Below, piece by piece: positions 38,900-46,602 of a stretch of 64,000 nucleotides of DNA. The notes under the pieces were generated by a model. The model was given only the letters and a program-made list of their open reading frames with translations. It did not search any database and had not been told where the DNA came from. This DNA is from an uncultured Acidobacteriaceae bacterium (GTDB lineage Bacteria; Acidobacteriota; Terriglobia; Terriglobales; Acidobacteriaceae): assembly GCA_963709045.1 (NCBI GenBank), contig CAVPUX010000003.1, forward strand, positions 8,065 through 72,064, read 5' to 3'. The translations under genes and the position numbers were made by a program. The number at the start of each line of letters is the position of its first letter. Position 1 is the first letter of the stretch.

Positions 38900-39125
38900 G
38901 ATCGGTTGCCGAAGGAAAGAGCCCGTCAGGGCGGAACAACGTAGCCCAGGACGTGAGTCCTGGGTAGGCCGGAGATATGAACCCAGAGCTGGCTTCAGCC
39001 GGCGCACAAAAAGAATCTGTGCCGCCCTGAGGGGCTCGATTGATCTGGAACGCGTACCCAGGGCTTCCACCCTGGGCTAATATTGTTCCGCCCTTCGGGC
39101 TGGGGTCTTGGGTCTAACCCAGGTT
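38900..39125. repeat. cluster of small hairpin modules arranged as a large imperfect palindrome
   Basis: 38921-38968 reads gcccgtcagggcGGAACAAcgtAGCCCAGGacgtgagtCCTGGGTAgg. 39054-39100 reads gTACCCAGGgcttccacCCTGGGCTaatatTGTTCCgcccttcgggc, which is the same module in inverted orientation. Related fragments (gccgccctgaggggc, gggtctaaccc) lie between and after them. Confidence 0.75.
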
Positions 39126-39143
39126 TTCGAGATTGGCTGGTGG

Positions 39144-40190
39144 TTAGTTCAAGAAGAACTTGGTGTACAGCGTGTCCCGCTGCGCGGGGCGGAAGCCGGC
39201 ATCGCGGATGATGCGGCGCAGCTCTTCTTCGGTGGTGCAGTTGCGCACGCCGGCTGCGCGAACCACGTTCTCCTCGATCATCACCGATCCGACGTCGTTG
39301 CCGCCGAAGCGCAATCCGGTCTGGCAGACTTTCAGGCCTTGCGTCACCCAACTCGATTGCACGTTCTTAAAGTTGGTGAGGAAGAGGCGAGCGATCGCCA
39401 GCGTCTTCAGGTATTCGACGGCAGTGGCCTCGTCCCATCCTCGCCCGCCGAGCGCGGTGTTTTGCGGCTGAAACGACCACGGAATGAACGCCGTGAAGCC
39501 GCCGGTCTCTTCCTGCAGGTCGTAGATATGCTGGAAGTGGTTGATGCGATGCTCGTAGGTCTCGCCGACACCGAACATCATGGTGGCCGTCGTTCTCATG
39601 CCGAGCTTGTGCGCGGTGCGATGCACGTTGAGCCAGTCATTGGTGAGGCATTTCAGGCGCGCAATCTTGTAGCGCACTTCGTCGTCGAGAATTTCGGCGC
39701 CGCCGCCGGGGATGGAGTCGAGTCCGGCATCGCGCAGGCGCTTGATGGTGTCTTCGATGGTGAGGCCGCTGACTTCGGCGATGCAGATGATCTCCGATGC
39801 CGAGAAGCAATGCAGATGGACTTGCGGGAAGCGTTGCTTCATGCCGGCCAGCAGCGCTTCGTACCACTCAATCTTCAGATCGGGATGCAGGCCGCCCTGC
39901 AGCAGGACGCCGGTGCCGCCCAACTCAACCGTCTCGCGCACCTTGTCGTAAATCGTGTCGAAGTCGAGCAGGTATCCCTCCTTCGCCATCTTCCCCTTGA
40001 GCGGGCGATAGAAAGCGCAGAAGGTGCAGTACTCGGTGCAGAAGTTGGTGTAGTTGATGTTGCGGTCGATGATGTAGGTGACCACGCCTTCGGGATGGAG
40101 TTTGCGCCGCACCGCATCGGCTTCCATGCCGATGCCGATCAGGTCATCAGAACGATACATCTCGAGCGCTTCAGCTTTGGTGAGAGACAT
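39144..40190 (-). CDS. mqnC: futalosine-pathway radical SAM enzyme, most likely cyclic dehypoxanthinyl futalosine synthase (MqnC; MqnE not excluded)
   Basis: ...VVTYIIDRNINYTNFCTEYCTFCAFYR (CxxxCxxC), GGTGVLLQGG, and FIPWSFQPQNT..L. Start is Met7 (MSLTKAEALEMY). Confidence 0.7.
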   Translation of the reverse strand: MSLTKAEALEMYRSDDLIGIGMEADAVRRKLHPEGVVTYIIDRNINYTNFCTEYCTFCAFYRPLKGKMAKEGYLLDFDTIYDKVRETVELGGTGVLLQGGLHPDLKIEWYEALLAGMKQRFPQVHLHCFSASEIICIAEVSGLTIEDTIKRLRDAGLDSIPGGGAEILDDEVRYKIARLKCLTNDWLNVHRTAHKLGMRTTATMMFGVGETYEHRINHFQHIYDLQEETGGFTAFIPWSFQPQNTALGGRGWDEATAVEYLKTLAIARLFLTNFKNVQSSWVTQGLKVCQTGLRFGGNDVGSVMIEENVVRAAGVRNCTTEEELRRIIRDAGFRPAQRDTLYTKFFLN

Positions 40191-40432
40191 AGGGCGACAC
40201 GATCCCAAGTGACATTCTAACCGGGCAGAGAGCGGGTAGGGAAGCGGTGCCCTTCAAAACGATTAGTGAGATTGCTGATAGCGTGTAGTTGTTTTTGAAT
40301 GCGCTGTGAGTGGAAAACCTTATTCGAACGCTGACACATCCAACCCTAGCGGTACCCTGTGCGCAACAATCCTGCGCAAATGGCGTTTATAGCGGAGTGC
40401 CTCGATGCGGTATAGCCTGAAAGCAGTGACCA

Positions 40433-40912
40433 ATGATCTTACCTAAATGCGACTTGGCAACATGTGCGCGAGTCATCGCGGCTGCATTACTTTTGGCGCT
40501 GCCGTTTCCCGCAGCAGCTGTACTCGGCGATAGTGCCGCGTCGGTCCTCACCGACCAGGCGCGGATGAAGGGAATGCTGCGCAGTACCGACAACCGCACC
40601 TACGTCATGCATGAGATCACGGTCCCGATGCAAACCACGGTACGAGAGTTCGTCTCGCCCGCGGGAGTTGTTTTTGGAGTCGCGTGGGAGGGACAATTCA
40701 CTCCCGATCTGCCGCAGCTATTGGGTCCCTATTACGTGCAGGCAAAGCAGGCAGCTCCGACCCAGCAGCAGACGCATACACGGCGCGCGCCGATTGTCAT
40801 CAACACGCCCGGCTTAGTGTTCCAGGAAACCGGCCATACCCGAAGCTTTCATGGGGTGGCCTACATCCCGCAGTTGCTGCCCAACGGTGTACAAGCCAGC
40901 GATATCCGCTAA
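40433..40912 (+). CDS. small exported protein, DUF2844-like
   Basis: Signal peptide AAALLLALPFPAAAVLG, 159 aa. ...YVMHEITVPMQTTVREFVSPAGVVFGVAWEG.... Family assignment is from memory only. Confidence 0.6.
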   Translation: MILPKCDLATCARVIAAALLLALPFPAAAVLGDSAASVLTDQARMKGMLRSTDNRTYVMHEITVPMQTTVREFVSPAGVVFGVAWEGQFTPDLPQLLGPYYVQAKQAAPTQQQTHTRRAPIVINTPGLVFQETGHTRSFHGVAYIPQLLPNGVQASDIR

Positions 40913-40924
40913 GGAGAAGACTGC

Positions 40925-42448
40925 GTGAGAAGAATTGGCTTGCTGCTCGTGGTATCGAGTGCGTTGTGGATGGTGGCTTGCGGCTCCGGCAGCAGCGGCG
41001 CTGGCGGATCGTCGATCACGTCGGTGAGTGTTACTTGCTCGCCTTCCGCCATCATGTTTGGGCAAACCAGCCAGTGCTCCGCGACGGTGATGGGCACGGG
41101 GAACTTCAGTTCAGCCGTAACCTGGGCGACGACTGCCGGTACCATCTCAAGCTCGGGCCTGTTCACCGCACCTTCCGGGGGAGTTGTGACGCTGTTGGCC
41201 ACGATCACGGCAACCTCGGTACAAGACCCCAGTAAATCCGGGACAGGCTCGGTGACAGTGAATCCGACGCAACAGGCAAGCAACATGCAGCCCATCGTGG
41301 TTGACGCGGGTCCAGCGCCGCAGACCTTTACCACCATAAACGAGGCATTCGTCACCGTCACCGTATGCATACCCGGTACGGCCACCTGCCAGACCATCGA
41401 TCACGTTCTCCTGGACACGGGTTCGTCGGGCTTGCGCTTATTGTCGTCAGCGGGCGGCGGCGAATTAAACATTGCGCTCCCGCAAGCCAGCACAGGCGGA
41501 AATCCGTTGTATGAATGCGAGGTATTTCTCGACGGTTATATCTGGGGCTCGGTATCGACCGCCGACATCACCGTGGCGGGCGAAAAAGCGTCCGCGGCCG
41601 CGGTACACGTCGTTATCCCGTCGACAGCGTCGCCCGCACCGCCAAGCAGCTGTGTTAGTCAAAATCCTCCTGGCGGAGCTGGAAACGAGGGCGACAGCCT
41701 GATGGCGTTTGGCGCGAACGGCATTCTGGGAGTGGGATTGTTTCAGCAAGACTGCGGACCTGCCTGCACCACTCAGAACACGCAGATCCCCAACGTTTAC
41801 TACGATTGTCCCGCATCCGGCTGTACTCCGACCTATGTCGCCCTTGCGCAACAGGTTTCGAATCCAGTCATATTCTTCACCTCCGACAATAATGGAGTGC
41901 TGGTTCAATTGCCCGCAGTGCCCAACGGCGGTTCGCCAACCGTGAATGGCTCGTTGATCTTTGGTATCGGAACACAGCCGAATAACGCGTTGGGCAGCGC
42001 CACCGTGTATCCGGCGCCTGACAGCGGAAACAATGTGGGAAGTATCATTACCACGTTCAACGGACAAGCCTATCCCCAGAGCTTTCTCGACACTGGCACC
42101 AATGGCATTTTCTTCCTCGACAGCGCCACCACCGGAATCCCGATGTGCATGGTGCAAACTGCCTGGTATTGTCCGACTACCTCCCCCGACAACCTGTCGG
42201 CGACGAACCAGGGACAGGATGCGAACGGCACCCCCCTTGGCAGCCCGGGAACGGTTAATTTCACCATCGAGGATGCAGATACGCTGTTCAACTCGAACAA
42301 TGCGGCGTACAGCACAGCGGGCTCAACCAACTCCGGTTCCTTCGATTGGGGGTTGGGGTTCTTCTTCGGACGCAATGTGTTTGTCGCGATCGAGAACTTG
42401 AGCAGTCCCGGCGGCACCGGGCCGTACTGGGCGTATGTCCCGGACTAG
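40925..42448 (+). CDS. lipoprotein with Ig-like (Big_2-type) domain and pepsin-like bilobed aspartic-protease-type domain (DUF3443-like)
   Basis: Lipobox LWMVAC-GSGSSG and an Ig-like module ITSVSVTCSPS...SGTGSVTV. The pepsin-type motifs are HVLLDTGSSGL (DTG at 41414-41422), ANGILGVGL, SFLDTGTNGIFF (DTG at 42089-42097) and C-terminal WGLGFFFGRNVFVAIE. Confidence 0.7.
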   Translation: MRRIGLLLVVSSALWMVACGSGSSGAGGSSITSVSVTCSPSAIMFGQTSQCSATVMGTGNFSSAVTWATTAGTISSSGLFTAPSGGVVTLLATITATSVQDPSKSGTGSVTVNPTQQASNMQPIVVDAGPAPQTFTTINEAFVTVTVCIPGTATCQTIDHVLLDTGSSGLRLLSSAGGGELNIALPQASTGGNPLYECEVFLDGYIWGSVSTADITVAGEKASAAAVHVVIPSTASPAPPSSCVSQNPPGGAGNEGDSLMAFGANGILGVGLFQQDCGPACTTQNTQIPNVYYDCPASGCTPTYVALAQQVSNPVIFFTSDNNGVLVQLPAVPNGGSPTVNGSLIFGIGTQPNNALGSATVYPAPDSGNNVGSIITTFNGQAYPQSFLDTGTNGIFFLDSATTGIPMCMVQTAWYCPTTSPDNLSATNQGQDANGTPLGSPGTVNFTIEDADTLFNSNNAAYSTAGSTNSGSFDWGLGFFFGRNVFVAIENLSSPGGTGPYWAYVPD

Positions 42449-42473
42449 AATCGGCTGCAACCGGAGGTGACTG

Positions 42474-42965
42474 GTGGAGAAGAACACCGGCAAGGAGCCG
42501 ACGGCCTCGCGTCCCCACATGGCAGGTTATGGCGTTCCGAAATCTCTGGAAGGCGCTTTGTCGTGGGAGTGGGCGCGGGAGCGGATCAGCCAATCGCACA
42601 ACTATTGGCTGACAACCGTACGAGCCGATGGCTCGCCCCATTCCATGGTCGTCTGGGGTATCTGGCTCGACGGCGCATATTATTTCAGCACCAGCGCCAC
42701 CAGCCGCAAGGCCCGCAATCTTCAGCAGAATCCAGCCTGCGTCGTATGTACTGAGATGGCGGACCAAGCAGTGATCATCGAAGGTACGGCCCGCAAACTG
42801 GACGACGACAAAATTCCTCAGCCAGCGTTTACCGACTACAAAGCGAAATATGGTTGGGAGCTCGATCCCAAGCGCGGACCGGTTTATGAGGTCCGTCCCC
42901 AGACCGTGTTTGCCATGCCGGAGAAGCAGTTTCCCAACGGCGTTACGCGCTGGAAGCTCGAGTGA
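42474..42965 (+). CDS. pyridoxamine 5'-phosphate oxidase-family (split-barrel flavin-binding) protein
   Basis: 163 aa. ...HNYWLTTVRADGSPHSMVVWGIWLDGAYYFSTSATSRKARNLQQNPA...VIIEGTA.... Confidence 0.75.
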   Translation: MEKNTGKEPTASRPHMAGYGVPKSLEGALSWEWARERISQSHNYWLTTVRADGSPHSMVVWGIWLDGAYYFSTSATSRKARNLQQNPACVVCTEMADQAVIIEGTARKLDDDKIPQPAFTDYKAKYGWELDPKRGPVYEVRPQTVFAMPEKQFPNGVTRWKLE

Positions 42966-43035
42966 TTCACGGATTTCGTGCAGCAATGGGTCTCGGATAT
43001 TGACCGATTGAGGTATTGCGAGTTCCAATCTGCTG

Positions 43036-43587
43036 ATGCCGAAGAAATCTGCGAAACGCAAATCCGTTCCGAAGAAAAGAATGGCGGCCGCCGCAGGTGC
43101 TGCGGGGCAGCCTCACGCAAGCCGTCCAGTGATGCCAGGGTATGGCGTTTCGAAGTCACTCAAAGGGCTGCTCGACTGGAATTGGGCACGGGAGCGGCTG
43201 ACCAAATCCCACAATTACGTGATCATGACGGTCCGGCCCGATGGACGTCCGCATGCCATGGGCATGCACGGCTTGTGGTTCGAGAATGACTTCTACTTCG
43301 GTACCGGTGAGGCCACGCGCAAAGCAAAAAATCTGGCGGCGAACCCGAATTGCATCCTGATCAATGAAAATCTTGAGGAATTGATCATCGTCGAAGGCAT
43401 CGCCGAACCGGTCGGCTCAGAGGAGATCCCCGCGACGCTTTCTGCCGCCAGTAAGAACAAATATGGGTGGCCTTGCGACCCTGGAAAGGGCGGAGTGATT
43501 TTCAAAGTATCGCCGCGCGTAGTGTTCGCGCTTCCGGAGAAGCAGTTTGCGACGGCTCCCACACGGTGGCGATTCACCCAGGATTAG
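43036..43587 (+). CDS. pyridoxamine 5'-phosphate oxidase-family protein, tandem paralogue with Lys-rich N-terminal tail
   Basis: Collinear similarity to the upstream ORF (MPGYGVSKSL.G.L.W.WARERL..SHNY...TVR.DG.PH.M...G.W......YF.T....RKA.NL..NP.C......IIVEGIA, and the ending ...FA.PEKQF....TRW). It adds MPKKSAKRKSVPKKR. Confidence 0.75.
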   Translation: MPKKSAKRKSVPKKRMAAAAGAAGQPHASRPVMPGYGVSKSLKGLLDWNWARERLTKSHNYVIMTVRPDGRPHAMGMHGLWFENDFYFGTGEATRKAKNLAANPNCILINENLEELIIVEGIAEPVGSEEIPATLSAASKNKYGWPCDPGKGGVIFKVSPRVVFALPEKQFATAPTRWRFTQD

Positions 43588-43605
43588 CAGGCAGCTAGCT
43601 GGCGG

Positions 43606-44280
43606 CTACGCAGCACCGTGCATGGCGTTCGACGATTTGCTTCCACGCCGATTCTTGTTCTGGTGCCGGTAGCGCCACCAGAAGTAGAGTCCCGCCAGGC
43701 CACCGACCACCGCCAGCGCAATCAAGGCATACAGCAGCGGCTCATAATAACGTCCGAGCCAGCCCAGGATTTGGCGTCCATAGATTGATCCCAGATACGC
43801 CAGAAGGGTGTAACGGACTCCTCGTCCCAATAACAGGGCACACAGGAAGCTTTTTCGTGGATAGTGCATGGCGCCGGCGGCTATGAGAAAGGCCACGAAG
43901 GGAACCGGAGGAGGAGCGACGGCGCCGACGGCGACCGACCAGAACCCATAACGTTCAAAGATGCTATAGATTTTGGCAGCCCGCTTCTTGGAGATTTTTT
44001 TCTCCAGCGTTTCCTTGCCGCCTTCGGCCCCCAGCCGGTAGGTCAAGTATCCGCCGATGATAGAGCCGATGGTAGCCATGATGGAGTAGTACCACCAGGG
44101 CTCCTTGTGCGCGGCTGCGAGGATGATAGTAAGGGCGTCCATGCTTCCCGGCACAGGTATGGCGGAATTATCGACCACTCCAAGCACAATCAGCCCCGGT
44201 CCGCCGAGACGGCGGAGCGTGTGCCAGATCGTTTTGTGAACGACTACTGCGGCAAGCAGGTGCATCGGATTCGTTTCCAA
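43606..44280 (-). CDS. YqaA/DedA-superfamily membrane protein
   Basis: ...GGPGLIVLGVVDNSAIPVPGSMDALTIILA...GGYLTYRLG...FERYGFWSVAVGAVAPPPVPFVAFLIAAG. Confidence 0.75.
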   Translation of the reverse strand: METNPMHLLAAVVVHKTIWHTLRRLGGPGLIVLGVVDNSAIPVPGSMDALTIILAAAHKEPWWYYSIMATIGSIIGGYLTYRLGAEGGKETLEKKISKKRAAKIYSIFERYGFWSVAVGAVAPPPVPFVAFLIAAGAMHYPRKSFLCALLLGRGVRYTLLAYLGSIYGRQILGWLGRYYEPLLYALIALAVVGGLAGLYFWWRYRHQNKNRRGSKSSNAMHGAA

Positions 44281-44389
44281 CCGCGCCTCTAACTGATATT
44301 TGTTTAGAAGCAGAAAGTCCAGAGGAAGTTCGGGAAGGATGTTTACCGGGCCGTAGGAGCCTCAGGATCTGTCATGTGTCGGTCCACGG

Positions 44390-44584
44390 GTGTCATCCTG
44401 AGCGCAGCGCCCGCAAAGAATTTCAGACACGCTTTCTTGCGGGTCGGGCGGGCGTGGAGTCGAAGGACCCCTACCTACTGCAAAGCTCAAACTGTGGCGG
44501 CTTGTTACGGCAAAAAATCCGAGACGGTAGCAGGTATAGGGGTCCCTCGACTCCTCGCTAGGCTCGTCGCTCGGGATGACAACC
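44390..44584. repeat. two copies (3 and 4) of the TGTCATCCYGAGCG...GGAGTCGARGGACCCCTA family in tail-to-tail inverted orientation
   Basis: Copy 3 (+) at 44390-44476: gTGTCATCCTGAGCGCAGCG-[cccgcaaagaa...ttcttgcggg hairpin]-GGAGTCGAAGGACCCCTAcc. Copy 4 (-) at 44534-44584: ggTATAGGGGTCCCTCGACTCCtcgctaggctcgtCGCTCGGGATGACAAcc. Confidence 0.85.
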
Positions 44585-44599
44585 AAAAATCGTCAAGCC

Positions 44600-45451
44600 C
44601 TACTTGCGCGAGCTTCCGAAGGCGACCGGGCCCAGGAAGCGAAGCTCCGGACTTGCGGGGATGAGTCCGATCTCCTGCGAATAGCGCAGGAAGAGCTGTA
44701 ACCCGCCATGGTTTTGGCGGTCGAGATAATAGTGGATGTTCTCGGTGAGGTAAGCGTAAATATCGGCCTCGCTCAGCCTGAGCTTGGCTGACCACTCGTG
44801 GGCGATTACACGGAGGTTGTCCGGCCCGAGGCCATGGTCCCGCGAGCGCTGAAACACTTTCACCAGGTCCTGATCGCGTGGCGCCCGATCCAGTGCGTCC
44901 AGCCGTATCGCCCAGAAGGCGAAGACAAACGGCTTGCCCGTCCGCTCGTGCCATAGATGCGCCAGGTCATAAACGAAATACTCTTTGCCGAGGTTCACCT
45001 CGAGCGCCGCGTCTCCAATCAACAGCGCAGCGTCATGATTCCGCAGCATCGCCTCAAGCTGCGGCGCGTGCGGCGCGAACTGCCGCTGCCCCCCGAAAAA
45101 CTTGGTGAACAGCACCTGCAACAGCGCTACCGACGTTCGGGAGGAAGTGTCGGTGGCAACCGTCTCTACCTGCTCGATAGGTTTCTGGCTGATCAGCAGA
45201 ATCGACCGGACAAAATCTTTGGCCGCAATGGCGATGTTCGGCAGGATCAGCAATCCGGGTATCTCGGCGTACGTAAAGGCCGGAATGATGCCGATATCGG
45301 CCTGGTTGGCTGCCAATGCCGCCGCACATGCGGAGGGAATAGTGTATTCGATGGTGAAATCGCGGCCCGCCTCTCCATGCTCGAAGTCCCACATGAGGGG
45401 TGCGGTATTCAGAAACGAGATAGCGGACATGCGCAGCGGAGCCATCAACAT
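44600..45451 (-). CDS. mqnA: chorismate dehydratase (futalosine pathway, MqnA)
   Basis: 283 aa. ...ISFLNTAPLMWDFEHG...EYTIPSACAAAL..NQADIGIIPAF...LLIGDAALE...YDLA.LW...TG.PFVFAFW. Confidence 0.8.
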   Translation of the reverse strand: MLMAPLRMSAISFLNTAPLMWDFEHGEAGRDFTIEYTIPSACAAALAANQADIGIIPAFTYAEIPGLLILPNIAIAAKDFVRSILLISQKPIEQVETVATDTSSRTSVALLQVLFTKFFGGQRQFAPHAPQLEAMLRNHDAALLIGDAALEVNLGKEYFVYDLAHLWHERTGKPFVFAFWAIRLDALDRAPRDQDLVKVFQRSRDHGLGPDNLRVIAHEWSAKLRLSEADIYAYLTENIHYYLDRQNHGGLQLFLRYSQEIGLIPASPELRFLGPVAFGSSRK

Positions 45452-45589
45452 TCGAGTCTAGCAAAGCCGGCGTGGTGACGCTGGCAGGAGGAATTTGCGA
45501 CCTCCATCCCTTCGGGAGATTTCGGAATATCGCTGTCGGTAATGTTCCATGGCTGCTTTGCCGATGAATGACTCACGGCCGAAGACTGA

Positions 45590-46360
45590 ATGGCCGCCCC
45601 CATGAATGGCGTAATTGTTGTCGGCACCGCAATGTTGTTCTCTGTCGCAGGATTGCTGGTGGTGCGTCGCTGCGTCAACATCGACTGGCTGAAGCGGCAT
45701 CACGACGTTGCCAGCCATTTCTTCGTCATGATCGGCAGCCTCTATGCGGTGTTGATTGCCTTTTCCATCTACGTGGTCTGGAGTGCGTCCAAAGAGGCGG
45801 GAGCGAACCTTGAACACGAAGCGACCGAGGTGGCCGACCTGTCACGGCTGTCGATGGCGATGCCTGATCCGCTGCGCAGAAAGATCACGCCGGCCCTCAT
45901 GGAGTATCTGAACGCGGTGGTGCAAGATGAGTTTCCGGACATGCAACACGGTCGCGACAGCGAACGCACCTGGACGGCAGTCCAAAATTTGTGGGACGTG
46001 TATGGAACGAGCCAGCCGGAAACGGCACGCCTGCAAGCCTACTTTGGGGAATCGCTAAGACACTTGACTCAACTCTCGGACTACCGCCGCACCCGACTCT
46101 TTGCCAGCCATGGCACGGTTCCCGCAATGCTAAAGGGTCTGCTGCTTTGCGGCGCGATTCTGCTGATCGCCTTCACCTATCTTGTGGGACACGAGAATGT
46201 CTGGTCACAGGCAGCTATGACGGCGGCGCTGGCGGGAGTCCTCTCATTCAGCTTGTTTCTAATAGGGTCGCTGGACAGTCCATATTCCGGAGTGGAACGG
46301 GTCACGCCGCAACCGTTCCAACTAGAATTGCGGCATGTTGCGACAAGAATACCGAAGTAA
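45590..46360 (+). CDS. membrane protein, DUF4239-like
   Basis: N-terminal and C-terminal TM pairs flank a soluble helix-rich core (...EATEVADLSRLS...YLNAVVQDEFP...). Family assignment is from memory. Confidence 0.65.
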   Translation: MAAPMNGVIVVGTAMLFSVAGLLVVRRCVNIDWLKRHHDVASHFFVMIGSLYAVLIAFSIYVVWSASKEAGANLEHEATEVADLSRLSMAMPDPLRRKITPALMEYLNAVVQDEFPDMQHGRDSERTWTAVQNLWDVYGTSQPETARLQAYFGESLRHLTQLSDYRRTRLFASHGTVPAMLKGLLLCGAILLIAFTYLVGHENVWSQAAMTAALAGVLSFSLFLIGSLDSPYSGVERVTPQPFQLELRHVATRIPK

Positions 46361-46510
46361 TCGGGCCTCAGCCACGAGGTCCTCCGCATTGGGCCCGCCT
46401 TGTAATTCAATACATCCTCACGTCCACGAGTGACCGGCTACCTTGACGGTAATCACGGCACTGGTTACTGTCCGACTGGGAGCAGGTTTTGCCACTTCCC
46501 TCGAAAATCG

Positions 46511-46553
46511 ATTCACCACAGACACACAGAGAGCACAGAGTTTTGATTTTCAT
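46511..46553. repeat. half copy of the TCACCAC..CACAGAG REP-like element
   Basis: attcaccacagacacacagagagcacagag; no inverted partner follows. Confidence 0.6.
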
Positions 46554-46602
46554 TTGAGGGCCGATGGTGGCCGGATCTACTTCGCCCTCAGGAGAAATTG
46601 CT

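Noticed and set aside
39108-40220. 370-aa plus-strand ORF covering the whole mqnC locus
   Set aside because: Its composition is shadow-like (rich in Ala/Gly/Val/Arg/Asp, with no motifs). The opposite strand encodes a complete radical-SAM protein with CxxxCxxC and futalosine-family motifs. This is a typical antisense ORF in high-GC DNA.
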